Counted from the first letter of the stretch, positions 1-8,394 are shown. The stretch is DNA of 60,505 nt from a bacterium (GCA_030649055.1 JAUSGH010000013.1:1-60505), one strand, 5' to 3'. Made by a program: numbers and translations. The notes: generated from the letters alone by a model not told the origin.

Positions 1-1143
1 CGGATCATATGTGAATTCAATATCAAGCGGGCAATCGCCGTTGGAGCATGTGAGCGGAAGCACGCGCGCGGCAGAAGGGGTGTTTGGGGTGAGGTGAAGG
101 GCAAGACGACGCTGTTGTTCGATAAATGAAAGCGGGGCGCGTGGATTTGAGGATGCGGATACCGACACGTTCGCTTGAGCGACAAATATGGAGACGTCAT
201 CGTCGGCCCCATTCCCCACCGCCAAATCAATAGTGCTGTCACCATTAAAGTCGGCAGCGAGCGCGGAGTATGGGCCGCCGCCCGTGGTATAATTCACCGC
301 TGCGTCAAAGGTGCCATTGCCGTTGCCGGTAAAAATAGAGACATTGTTATTACCGTCGTTTGTCACCGCTAAATCCGCATTGGAATCACCATCAAAGTCG
401 GCTGTTACCATGGCGTATGGGGATGATCCCGCGGAAGAATTCGCCGCTGCATCAAAAGTGCCATTGCCGTTGCCGGTAAGGATGGAAAAATTGTTTCCCC
501 CATTATTCGCCGTCGCCAAATCCGCATTGCCATCCTCGTCAAAGTCGGCGGTCACGATGAAGTATGGAATTAATCCTGTGGTATAATTTACCGCTGCGTC
601 GAAGGTTCCGTTGCCGTTGCCGATGAGAATGGAAACGTTGTCGGCGCCGCTATTTGTCACGGCCAGGTCTATATTATTGTCCTCATCAAAGTCGCCGGTG
701 ACGATAGCGTACGCGTTGAAGCTCGCAGCGTAATTCACCGCTGCGTCGAAGGTTCCATTGCCGTTGCCAAGAAGAATGGAGACGTTACCGGCATTGTAGT
801 TTACAACCGCCAGGTCTACATTGTTATCTTCGTCGAAGTCGGCGGTGACGATAAAATTTGGGCCATCGCCCGCGGCGTAATCAACCTTTGCGTCAAAGGT
901 GCCATTGCCGTTGCCGATGAGAATAGAGACGTTGTCGCTGTTGGCGTTCGCCGTCGCCAGATCTGCATTGCCATCTTCGTCAAAGTCAGCGGTAGCAACG
1001 GAGATCGGCTGATCGCCCGCGGCGTAATCCACCGCTGCGGGAAATGGAAAGGCGTACGCAAGTTGTAGTTGATAAGAAAAAGATGCGATTGATAGAATAA
1101 TCACGCCTAACGCAAAAACAATTTTCTTAAACTTTTGTGGCAT
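1..1143 (-). CDS. FG-GAP/VCBS-repeat secreted protein, partial (C-terminus lies beyond the window start)
   Basis: Absent from the ORF track because it runs off the edge. Manual translation from ATG at 1143 gives MPQKFKKIVFALGVIILSIASFSYQLQLAYA (signal peptide), then about six repeats of the form DFDEDGNADLA..N...NVSILIGNGNGTFDAAVNY. The frame stays open to position 1. The C-terminal part (CSNGDCPLDIEFTYDP) parallels CTSASCNAIVQFNSP in the neighbouring paralog. Confidence 0.8.
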   Translation of the reverse strand, partial: MPQKFKKIVFALGVIILSIASFSYQLQLAYAFPFPAAVDYAAGDQPISVATADFDEDGNADLATANANSDNVSILIGNGNGTFDAKVDYAAGDGPNFIVTADFDEDNNVDLAVVNYNAGNVSILLGNGNGTFDAAVNYAASFNAYAIVTGDFDEDNNIDLAVTNSGADNVSILIGNGNGTFDAAVNYTTGLIPYFIVTADFDEDGNADLATANNGGNNFSILTGNGNGTFDAAANSSAGSSPYAMVTADFDGDSNADLAVTNDGNNNVSIFTGNGNGTFDAAVNYTTGGGPYSALAADFNGDSTIDLAVGNGADDDVSIFVAQANVSVSASSNPRAPLSFIEQQRRLALHLTPNTPSAARVLPLTCSNGDCPLDIEFTYDP

Positions 1144-1174
1144 ATTATTTCAATCTACCGCGCAAGACGCCGCG
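1139..1174. repeat. 36-nt gene-junction repeat, copy 1 (identical to 3042..3077)
   Basis: ggcatattatttcaatctaccgcgcaagacgccgcg. It covers the last codons (..RRLAR stop) of the upstream gene, the spacer and the ATG of the downstream FG-GAP gene. Confidence 0.9.
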
Positions 1175-2999
1175 AAATGTCATTAAGCATGTTTAAAAGA
1201 TTCTTCCATAACGCATCAAGCTGTTGCGTATATACCCGCAACATCGGATCGGCGAGTAAATGTACGTCAAGCGGTATCGTGATCATCTCCCCAGCCTCTC
1301 CCGCGGCGTTCACGGGAGTCATGCGGATGGTGTGGCGACGGGGATCAAGCAATAATTTGATGATTTCCGGACGGTTTACGCTTTGCCTAAAAATAAGGCG
1401 ACTATCCGTGTCATATACTTCCACCAGTACAATACTTTTCCCGGAGGTGAAATATGAAAAATTATGAAATGATGGGATGCGCAGCGAAACAAGAAATTGA
1501 TCTTTCACGCGCCCCAGTTGTTCAATCGTGACCTCGCTTGCCGCGAACGCTGCCGGAGTCCAGATACGCGATTCCACACAGAACTCCGCGTTGTTTTGGT
1601 GCGTATAGCAAAGCTGTACGGGAAGTTCCGCGTTTGAGGCCCAGGGAAAACGGAGGGTGACTTGTTCTTCGTTTCGTTCGGCCGCAAAGGGAATACGGCG
1701 ATGATTCTCGCTATGACGCAAAGCAAACCGTTCAAGCTCGGCGTCCTTTGGCGAGTTGAACTGAACAATCGCATTGCAAGAAGCGGACGTGCACTGCTCG
1801 GCGCGCAGAGAAAGATCGCGCGGAATATACGCGCGGGCGGCATACCGCTCTGCGAATCCACCCTGCAGGCGGCGCACGAAATCAGAAAGACCGGCGCCGC
1901 CGGAGGAAGAAACGGAAGCGACGAAACTCTGGCTTAATAATATAGAAACATTGTCGTCAGTATTGTTCGTCACCGCCAAATCCTGGTCGCTATCACCGTC
2001 AAAGTCGGCGCCGAAAACATAGGCCGCGCCATCACCGGCACTATAATTCACCGCAGATGCAAATGTGCCATCGCCATTACCCAAAAGAATAGAGACATTG
2101 TCGCTGGTAAAATTAGCCACGGCTAAATCCACTCTGCCATCGGCGTTGAGGTCTGCGGCGTAACCGCCATACGCAAGTGTGCCGGCGGTATAGTTCACTG
2201 CCGAGGCAAACACACCACTGCCGTTGTTAAGCAGTATGGAAATATTACTGCTAGCCGTGTTAACCACGGCTAAATCCTGGTCGCTATCACCATCAAAGTC
2301 AGCAGCGGAAATGGTTTGCGGTTCACTTCCAACGGTATAATTCACCGCGGAGGCAAACACGCCGCTGCCATTATTGAGCAATATGGAGACATTTCCAGAA
2401 GTATAGTTCGTCACCGCCAAGTCCTGGTCGCTATCACCATCGAGGTCAGCGGCAACAATACCCATCGGAAGAGTGCCAACATTGTAATTCACCGCGGAGG
2501 CAAAAGTACCGCTGCCATTACCCAAAAGAATAGAAACATTGTTGCTGTCTGCATTCGCCACTGCCAGATCTAGCACACTACCACTGTTGAGGTTAGCGGC
2601 GAAAATGGCCTGCGGACCCGTGCCGGCGGCATAGTTCACCGCCGAGGCAAAAGTACCGGCGCCGTTGTTGAGCAGTATGGAGACGTTGCTATTAAAATAA
2701 TTCGGCGCTGCAAGATCCCTGTCGCCATCACCATCAAAGTCAGCAGCGAAAACAGCGTACGGATCGCCTGCGACAGCATAATTCACCGCAGCGGCAAAAG
2801 TGCCACTGCCACTATTAATGAGGACGGAGATGCTATCGGTGCCTATACTCGGCACTGCTAGATCCGACACGCCATCGCCGCTGAGGTCGGCGGCGAAAAG
2901 AAGCTGCGGGCTATCGCCTACGCTATAATTTACTGCCGCCCCATATGGATATGCGTACGCAACCCTTGGCAAAATAAAAACTTGCGCGAGCAATAACAC
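1155..2999 (-). CDS. FG-GAP/VCBS-repeat secreted protein, tandem paralog, with a ~230-aa non-repeat C-terminal domain
   Basis: 614-aa ORF with about 9 repeats of DxDGDxDxDLAV.N...NVSILLNNGSGxFASAVNY. The GTG start at 2999 leaves a truncated signal peptide. The canonical ATG at 3046 is out of frame across a 7-nt homopolymer (see findings). Confidence 0.85.
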   Translation of the reverse strand: MLLLAQVFILPRVAYAYPYGAAVNYSVGDSPQLLFAADLSGDGVSDLAVPSIGTDSISVLINSGSGTFAAAVNYAVAGDPYAVFAADFDGDGDRDLAAPNYFNSNVSILLNNGAGTFASAVNYAAGTGPQAIFAANLNSGSVLDLAVANADSNNVSILLGNGSGTFASAVNYNVGTLPMGIVAADLDGDSDQDLAVTNYTSGNVSILLNNGSGVFASAVNYTVGSEPQTISAADFDGDSDQDLAVVNTASSNISILLNNGSGVFASAVNYTAGTLAYGGYAADLNADGRVDLAVANFTSDNVSILLGNGDGTFASAVNYSAGDGAAYVFGADFDGDSDQDLAVTNNTDDNVSILLSQSFVASVSSSGGAGLSDFVRRLQGGFAERYAARAYIPRDLSLRAEQCTSASCNAIVQFNSPKDAELERFALRHSENHRRIPFAAERNEEQVTLRFPWASNAELPVQLCYTHQNNAEFCVESRIWTPAAFAASEVTIEQLGRVKDQFLVSLRIPSFHNFSYFTSGKSIVLVEVYDTDSRLIFRQSVNRPEIIKLLLDPRRHTIRMTPVNAAGEAGEMITIPLDVHLLADPMLRVYTQQLDALWKNLLNMLNDISRRLAR

Positions 3000-3041
3000 A
3001 ATCGCGCCGAGCGCGGAAGTTATTTTTGTGTAACTTTTTTT

Positions 3042-3077
3042 GGCATATTATTTCAATCTACCGCGCAAGACGCCGCG
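3042..3077. repeat. 36-nt gene-junction repeat, copy 2
   Basis: Exact copy of 1139..1174, located upstream of the second FG-GAP gene. Confidence 0.9.
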
Positions 3078-3162
3078 CAATGAATAAGTAAACGACGAAG
3101 CCAATACGATAACCACGCATAGCGTAGAAATAATTTTCCCGAAATTCCTTCGCCGCATGTAT

Positions 3163-4092
3163 TTAATCCGTCAACACCACTCTGTCCCAGCCCCTTGCGG
3201 CGCCGTTGCAGATATACAAGTTATTGCCGGTCGTATCAATGACCATGCGGCCGCGTTCGGCGTTATCGTTGCAGTCGGTGGCAGACGGGGCGCCGGCGGA
3301 GGTTCTATCAAACTGAAAATATCCCCCGCTGCCCACTTCCAATAACGTATTCGGTGCGGGAGAGGCAACGCCGACACCCACCTGCGAGCTTGCCCCGTTC
3401 ACGATTAAGTTGCCGGAAAAATATCCGTTCACCCAGCGATTAGCGGCGGTGCCCACGCTCCGGATGTTGTCCGCGCCGGGCAAAAGGTCGGAGTCAAATG
3501 TCGCGGCGCTCACGCGGCCAATGGCGCTTTGGATAGTGCGCGCCACCATGCCTTCCGGAGTAGGCGAATTGTAGACCAACGTCAAATCCACCTGCACCAC
3601 ATCGTGGCCCGGCGGATTAGCAAACTTTTTAAATTGGAGATTGCTCGCGGCACTAGCGACTCTATCCGTCGTGAGATCGGTGGTGGTCATATTGCCGCCC
3701 GAACCCTGCTGCAGCTTTACCACTTTTGTCACCGGGTCAAACCAAATAACCATCGGGTCGCGGTCGGTCGCGCCCCCGGCGCTGTCGCGCATGCGCAAAT
3801 GGAGGTAGGGCGCTGAAACGCCGAGCGGCGCGTCACTATTGTTATCGCTCAACGAATTGTTCACTATCACCACGCTTGCGTCGCGGGTTAAGCGCTGTAA
3901 CGTTTGCATCGTAAAATTCAGTTGCGTTGATACCTCGGCGGACGCTCCGCCGCGCACCTCAACCCTTGTCACCGTCGTCACTATGCCCGTAAGAAGCGTT
4001 CCCACCACCGCGAAGATAGCGATGTAAATGAGAATCTCAAGAAGAGTGAAGCCGGAGGGGGATTTCTTATTCATTATTTTATTATACATCAT
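3163..4092 (-). CDS. Type IV pilin-like protein (prepilin N-terminal cleavage/methylation motif)
   Basis: N-terminus KKSPSGFTLLEILIYIAIFAVVGTLL matches the G/FTLxE class III signal followed by a hydrophobic helix. The C-terminal region has two Cys residues (DCNDN...YICNG). The true start is probably MNKK at 4071. Confidence 0.75.
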   Translation of the reverse strand: MMYNKIMNKKSPSGFTLLEILIYIAIFAVVGTLLTGIVTTVTRVEVRGGASAEVSTQLNFTMQTLQRLTRDASVVIVNNSLSDNNSDAPLGVSAPYLHLRMRDSAGGATDRDPMVIWFDPVTKVVKLQQGSGGNMTTTDLTTDRVASAASNLQFKKFANPPGHDVVQVDLTLVYNSPTPEGMVARTIQSAIGRVSAATFDSDLLPGADNIRSVGTAANRWVNGYFSGNLIVNGASSQVGVGVASPAPNTLLEVGSGGYFQFDRTSAGAPSATDCNDNAERGRMVIDTTGNNLYICNGAARGWDRVVLTD

Positions 4093-4103
4093 CGCCTGCT
4101 ATA

Positions 4104-5024
4104 ATGAGCAGTATGGAAAAAGAAAATAAATCCGCAGTCACCTGGCTCGATTTTGAGCGACCGTCCAAAGCGGACATTGACGCCATTAAAAAAATTCACG
4201 ACTTCCATCCGATTATTTTGGATGAGCTGCTCCATTTCTCCACGCGGTCGCGGGTGGAACAGTACGATAGCTATCTTTATCTTGTGTATCACTTTCCCAT
4301 CTACGACGTAAAAACGCGCACCTCGCGCCGCGCCGAAGTTGATTTTTTGATTACCAAAGACACCGTTATCACCATTCGCTACGAGCCACTGGAACCGATT
4401 GAGTACATGCGGCACGCCATCGCGGAAACCCCGGTGTTGAAGAAAAAATATCTTTCAAGCGGGGCGATGTTTATGTACAGCTTCCTTCAGGCGGTGCATG
4501 AATTCTGTTTGCGCGAACTCCGACACGTTGACCAAAAAGTGACTGCCATCACCAAAGACCTTTTCTCGCACCAAGAGTATCAGATGCTTCAGCGCATTTC
4601 ATATATCAAGCGTGACATCTTGGATTACGGCGTCATCACAAAGCCCCAAGCGCTGATTCTCCATTCGCTGCGCGATGTCGGCGGAAAATTTTGGGGCGAA
4701 GAAGCGCGCATTTATCTTTCCGACCTCGCAAGCGATCACCTCAAAATCACCGAGCAGCTGGAAAACTACCGCGACACCATTGAGTCGTGCGAAGAAACAA
4801 ACGCTCAACTGCTGAACGCGAAAACGAACGCCGTCATGCAACGATTCACCATCCTCGCCTTCCTCACGTTCCCCTTGATGCTCTTCACCTCGCTCTTCAG
4901 CATTGAATTTGTATCGCGCGAAATCACCAATCCGCGGATATTTTGGTTCGGCTTCGGCGCGGTGCTGCTCATTACGTCTGTTGTTATTTATATCTTCAAG
5001 AGAAGAGGACTGTTAAGGGATTAG
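4104..5024 (+). CDS. CorA-family divalent cation transporter-like protein with a non-canonical pore motif
   Basis: 306 aa. Cytoplasmic alpha/beta plus coiled-coil domain and two C-terminal TM helices (FTILAFLTFPLMLFTSLF / IFWFGFGAVLLITSVVIYIF). The loop reads FSIEF where CorA proteins have YGMNF. Confidence 0.65.
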   Translation: MSSMEKENKSAVTWLDFERPSKADIDAIKKIHDFHPIILDELLHFSTRSRVEQYDSYLYLVYHFPIYDVKTRTSRRAEVDFLITKDTVITIRYEPLEPIEYMRHAIAETPVLKKKYLSSGAMFMYSFLQAVHEFCLRELRHVDQKVTAITKDLFSHQEYQMLQRISYIKRDILDYGVITKPQALILHSLRDVGGKFWGEEARIYLSDLASDHLKITEQLENYRDTIESCEETNAQLLNAKTNAVMQRFTILAFLTFPLMLFTSLFSIEFVSREITNPRIFWFGFGAVLLITSVVIYIFKRRGLLRD

Positions 5025-5241
5025 GAGATAGCTTCATTAGGGTTATTCGGCACAGCTTCATTGGCTTATAGCTTCTTAGCTTCGTTAGCTTGAGAAATGT
5101 CAAATGCCTCGATGGGAATAACGCCACCAAGGTCTTGTACATGGATTTGTTTTTTGGTTTATTGCCTGCTATGCTACACATAGTTCTTCACGGAATCGTT
5201 CTGTGAAGTTTTTCTTGTCCTCGTTTCACACGGAGGATGCC

Positions 5242-5679
5242 ATGAGTGCGCCCAGGCTCACCGGATTGCTGCTCACGATTTTCGGATTCATCGGAGTGGT
5301 CGTCTCTGCCGGCTTCATTTACAAGGACGAGGGCCTTTTCCTCATCGTGCTCGCCTGCGCCTTCGTAACCGCCGTCGGTGTCGTTGTCATCGCGTGTTCC
5401 TCGTATGGCTGGCCGACGGACAGCAATAGTCTTACCGCCAATGCCCGCTACCCAAACCCCGAACGCATTGACCTCGAACCGGAGACCTCCGCTCTCGTCA
5501 TCACACACGCAGGCAAGGGCTACACCATGCTCTTTGACCGTGGGGCATGGCGGCTGTTCGCCTTGTGGCCGGAGGGCGTGAAAGACGATACCGCGGTCAT
5601 CGTGGCGAACAACGACGGCACGAAGCTCGTGCCGCAACCCAAAACCGAAGATGCCAAGGACGAGGACACGAAGACGTAA
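5242..5679 (+). CDS. Hypothetical membrane protein (GC-rich cassette gene)
   Basis: SD ggagga lies 4 nt before ATG 5242. Two TM helices, then a soluble tail. Followed by the 5770..5799 hairpin. Confidence 0.55.
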   Translation: MSAPRLTGLLLTIFGFIGVVVSAGFIYKDEGLFLIVLACAFVTAVGVVVIACSSYGWPTDSNSLTANARYPNPERIDLEPETSALVITHAGKGYTMLFDRGAWRLFALWPEGVKDDTAVIVANNDGTKLVPQPKTEDAKDEDTKT

Positions 5680-5769
5680 TCGCTCATCGTGCCGTTACCG
5701 CAACCCATCACCAGCGCCCGCCGACTTCATACTCGGCGGGCGTCATTGTTTATTTTTTTATAAAAGGAA

Positions 5770-5799
5770 GGCCCCGATGGTGTTACCCAAAGGGGCCTT
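5770..5799. terminator. 3' hairpin, degenerate member of the GGCCTCGATGGTGTTACCCATCGAGGCC family
   Basis: ggccccgatggtgttacccaaaggggcc. It sits between the convergent ORFs 5242..5679 and 5821..6426. Confidence 0.5.
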
Positions 5800-5820
5800 T
5801 GCGCGTCTTCTTCCTGTTGA

Positions 5821-6426
5821 CTAAGCCTCCGGCGGCGCAGCCGGTGCCTTCGGTTCGGTGACGGCCTCCGGCACAGCCACGGCCTCGGCGCGGAACTTCG
5901 CGAGCTCCTCTTCCGCCTTCATCGCCCGAGCCTCCATAAACGTGAGCTGTATTCTCAGTTTCTGACCAGCTTCCACGATCCCTGCCGTGTGAAGCAACTG
6001 CCTCAACATCGCCTTCTCGTGTTCGGCCTTCAACTTGTCAACAACCGCCCATCCCTTCGCCATCTCCTTCTCGTGCTTGGCCTTTATGGCGTCAAACCTC
6101 TCGCCAGCGCGAGCTGCGACCTCGCTCACGCAGTCGTTGTAGACTTCGCAGAGAATCGCGCTCAACGCTCTCATGGCGTCGCACTCGTTCTTTGGGTCAA
6201 GTGTCGCGTTCGTCCGCTGACCCAAGAGCGACGCAAGGAGACCATTGCCATTCCCGACATGGTCATGCAGGACGCACAAAACCTCCGCCTTCCTACCGTC
6301 AGGCATGACATACTTGTCTCCAATGCCGTACGTCTCGCCATTGTTCTTCCGGGAGGATTCGTACCGTACTGGGAGCACCTTGCCCGCCAACGTCAGCACC
6401 AGGAACTGTCCGGACAACTGCGACAT
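5821..6426 (-). CDS. Hypothetical protein (GC-rich cassette gene), C-terminal coiled-coil/charged region
   Basis: SD aaggag lies 7 nt before ATG 6426 (MSQLSGQF...). The promoter region overlaps the 6501..6540 palindrome. Confidence 0.55.
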   Translation of the reverse strand: MSQLSGQFLVLTLAGKVLPVRYESSRKNNGETYGIGDKYVMPDGRKAEVLCVLHDHVGNGNGLLASLLGQRTNATLDPKNECDAMRALSAILCEVYNDCVSEVAARAGERFDAIKAKHEKEMAKGWAVVDKLKAEHEKAMLRQLLHTAGIVEAGQKLRIQLTFMEARAMKAEEELAKFRAEAVAVPEAVTEPKAPAAPPEA

Positions 6427-6500
6427 GACAGACTCCTTCAATGAGCGCCGTCCAAAATTGAACGGTGGATATATTATGCACAATTCGAACAAAAAGCACA

Positions 6501-6540
6501 ATGTCCACTATCATACTCGATCGGGTGTGATAGTGGACAT
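6501..6540. promoter_or_regulatory. Palindromic operator candidate (13-14-13): ATGTCCACTATCA-N14-TGATAGTGGACAT
   Basis: Perfect 13-nt inverted arms around a CGATCG centre. It lies just upstream of the presumed promoter of 5821..6426 and just downstream of the regulator gene 6564..7145. Confidence 0.6.
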
Positions 6541-6563
6541 TATTGTTTTCCCGCGTTTCACGC

Positions 6564-7145
6564 TCAACGCAGCTGGCGGAGCGTCCCTTGCTTTGTGACC
6601 GCAAGCACTTCAACATTATCCACAATCCCCCGGCGATGTAGTATGTCAAAAAAATCCTCGGGTAAGGCGAGCTTTCCTATCCAGAAACTTTTTTGAAGCA
6701 TGGCAAAGCCGGACTCTTTGAGGAATGTGCGGAGCCACTGACGATGCCCGGCTTTGCTTTCCGGTATATCAAACGCGACGATATTCACATTGCGTGACGG
6801 AGTTATCTTTTCACGCACCGTTGACGCTTCACATCGGCACTCCATCGCAAATATTTTTTTATTGCCCTTTGCGGTGAGCTCCAACGCGCGCCCGCTCTTC
6901 TGTTGAGCAACCAGACCTTCGGAGCGCAGCTTTGAAACGAGCTTAAGCACTCGTCGCCGTTCTTCGCGCGTTGCGATTGCGTGTTCCAAAATCGGTTGGC
7001 GATCCGGAAGTGGCGTCGACGCTCCTCGCAAACGCGCATAGTGCGCATCACGGCCATAATACGTGAGTATGTCGGCGACGCCAACCGCCGTCATCGCCGA
7101 AGCTTGAATAATTTTCAGGATCGCAAGCGTAACATCCCCTTTCAT
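6564..7145 (-). CDS. PaaX-like transcriptional regulator (winged-helix N-domain plus Cas2/VapD-fold-like C-domain)
   Basis: 193 aa. The central LKLVSKLRSEGLVAQQKSGRALELTAKG looks like a wHTH. The C-terminal NVNIVAFDIPESKAGHRQWLRTFLKESGFAMLQKSFWIGK matches the IVxYDIPE...R..L...L...GF..LQ.SVW pattern of PaaX/Cas2-like domains. No SD. A TATATT hexamer lies 6 nt before the ATG. Confidence 0.6.
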   Translation of the reverse strand: MKGDVTLAILKIIQASAMTAVGVADILTYYGRDAHYARLRGASTPLPDRQPILEHAIATREERRRVLKLVSKLRSEGLVAQQKSGRALELTAKGNKKIFAMECRCEASTVREKITPSRNVNIVAFDIPESKAGHRQWLRTFLKESGFAMLQKSFWIGKLALPEDFFDILHRRGIVDNVEVLAVTKQGTLRQLR

Positions 7146-7173
7146 AACTTAAATATATAACCCGGCGCAGAGG

Positions 7174-7213
7174 ATGTCCACTGCCATACCCGATCGGGTG
7201 TGATGGTGGACAT
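7174..7213. promoter_or_regulatory. Palindromic operator candidate, second copy (ATGTCCACTGCCA-N14-TGATGGTGGACAT), overlapping the -35 of the regulator gene promoter
   Basis: Same architecture and CGATCGGGTG centre as 6501..6540. In gene orientation, TGGACA-17 nt-TATATT-6 nt-ATG(7145). Confidence 0.6.
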
Positions 7214-7295
7214 TTCGAAAAACAATAAAATAATGTCAAAGGCCTCGAGATGGTGGACATTTCGAAAAACAATAAAATAATGTCAAAGGCCTCGA
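7202..7295. repeat. 47-bp tandem direct repeat x2 (operator half-site + TTGACA-containing module)
   Basis: gatggtggacatttcgaaaaacaataaaataatgtcaaaggcctcga occurs at 7202..7248 and again at 7249..7295. Confidence 0.9.
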
Positions 7296-7320
7296 TGGGA
7301 TGGAACCCATCGAGGCCTTT
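7286..7320. terminator. 3' hairpin of ORF 7331..7795 (GGCCTCGATGG...CCATCGAGGCC family)
   Basis: aaaggcctcgatgggatggaacccatcgaggccttt. Confidence 0.6.
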
Positions 7321-7330
7321 GCGCGAACTT

Positions 7331-7795
7331 CTACAGACTGATCTTGATCACGATCCGGTAGCCATCCGGACGGAAGTCCGGACACCATGTATCCTTCGCT
7401 CCGGGAGGGATGACGGGTTCCAATGCCGGGTACAGCACGAGCCCCGTGAGGTCCGCTCTCCGAAACACGCCTTTCCCGATCTTGACGATCGCTCCGCCCT
7501 CGCCCCTTGCACCGCGCGACTTCAGGAATTGCTCCATGCCATCGCACATGGACTTTACCTCCTCCCACATGAGGGAGGCCTGTCCGCGCAGCCACCCGGC
7601 CTTGCAGCGCAACCACTGCCGATTTCCTGTCGGACGAGCGACCTCGCTCATCTCCACGCAGGCCACACGGATCTGCTTTTCCCCGCTCTCGATCGCGGGG
7701 AGAATCTTCGCCGTTGCGCAGTCTACCAGATCCCAGATGAACTTCCGGTCCGCCTTGCTCACGGCCTCCGGAAACCGTTCCAGTGCAACCGCCAT
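7331..7795 (-). CDS. Hypothetical protein (GC-rich cassette gene)
   Basis: 154 aa. SD aggagg lies 6 nt before ATG 7795. Of four overlapping ORFs here, this is the only frame with both an SD and a 3' hairpin. Confidence 0.5.
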   Translation of the reverse strand: MAVALERFPEAVSKADRKFIWDLVDCATAKILPAIESGEKQIRVACVEMSEVARPTGNRQWLRCKAGWLRGQASLMWEEVKSMCDGMEQFLKSRGARGEGGAIVKIGKGVFRRADLTGLVLYPALEPVIPPGAKDTWCPDFRPDGYRIVIKISL

Positions 7796-7879
7796 GATCT
7801 TCCTCCTTCACATTGAACCACTAAGACTAACGACATTATAATTGAAATCCTTGCTGCTGTCAAGTCCTGTAAAATGCGG

Positions 7880-7907
7880 GGCCTCGATGGTGTTACCCAT
7901 CGAGGCC
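7880..7907. terminator. 3' hairpin of ORF 7939..8394 (same family)
   Basis: ggcctcgatggtgttacccatcgaggcc, an 11-bp perfect stem. Confidence 0.6.
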
Positions 7908-7938
7908 TTTGTCGCTGGTTGCGCGCACTAGATTGTAG

Positions 7939-8394
7939 CTACTCGCCACACACGCACCGATGATCATGGATGAGCTCGATGAGGTTTTTCAGCTTGCTCT
8001 CCACCATGGGAAGCGGAACTCTAGCATCGCCAACCGCCCAATCTCTTATCACGATCGGAATCGTGCTAAAGAGGCGCGCGACGAGTTCCGAGTGCTTCGG
8101 TGATTGCTCGAGAAACCCCGTAAGCATGTCTTGGAACCGCTCGGAGCACGCCATGCGGCCTTCAGGCACATTGCACCACTTTACGCACCGATGCCGGTTG
8201 ATGAACACGATGACCATCGGGCGCATCGGCTGATCCGGAATATGTGCTCCGGTGGACCACTTGTCCACCATGAGATGGTGGACACCAAACTCGTGCGCGA
8301 GAGCATCGCAGTGTCCCACGACGCGTTGCACAAACTCGGCAACGACCTTCTGAAACTCTTCCGCGGTGATTTCCTTATGCTTCTCCGCGTTCAT
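7939..8394 (-). CDS. Hypothetical protein with two XRE-HTH-like repeats (GC-rich cassette gene)
   Basis: 151 aa. SD aggaggagg before ATG 8394. Internal repeat FGVHHLMVDKWSTGAHIPDQPM / FSTIPIVIRDWAVGDARVPLPM resembles the V.RW..G...P helix-turn-helix signature. Confidence 0.55.
   Translation of the reverse strand: MNAEKHKEITAEEFQKVVAEFVQRVVGHCDALAHEFGVHHLMVDKWSTGAHIPDQPMRPMVIVFINRHRCVKWCNVPEGRMACSERFQDMLTGFLEQSPKHSELVARLFSTIPIVIRDWAVGDARVPLPMVESKLKNLIELIHDHRCVCGE

Noticed and set aside
3048-3158. 36-codon ORF (MRRRNFGKIISTLCVVIVLASSFTYSLRGVLRGRLK) between the pilin gene and the second FG-GAP gene
   Set aside because: It is short, has no SD or recognisable leader motif, and its 3' end is the duplicated gene-junction repeat. 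It is more likely a remnant of a deleted paralog than a gene. It is mentioned in the findings only.
7236-7841. Three alternative ORFs overlapping 7331..7795 (7236..7811 minus, 7250..7816 plus, 7410..7841 plus)
   Set aside because: Only the 7331..7795 frame has an AGGAGG SD at the correct distance and ends just before the family hairpin. The others are Arg/Gly/Pro-rich, or run through the 47-bp tandem repeat and the hairpin.
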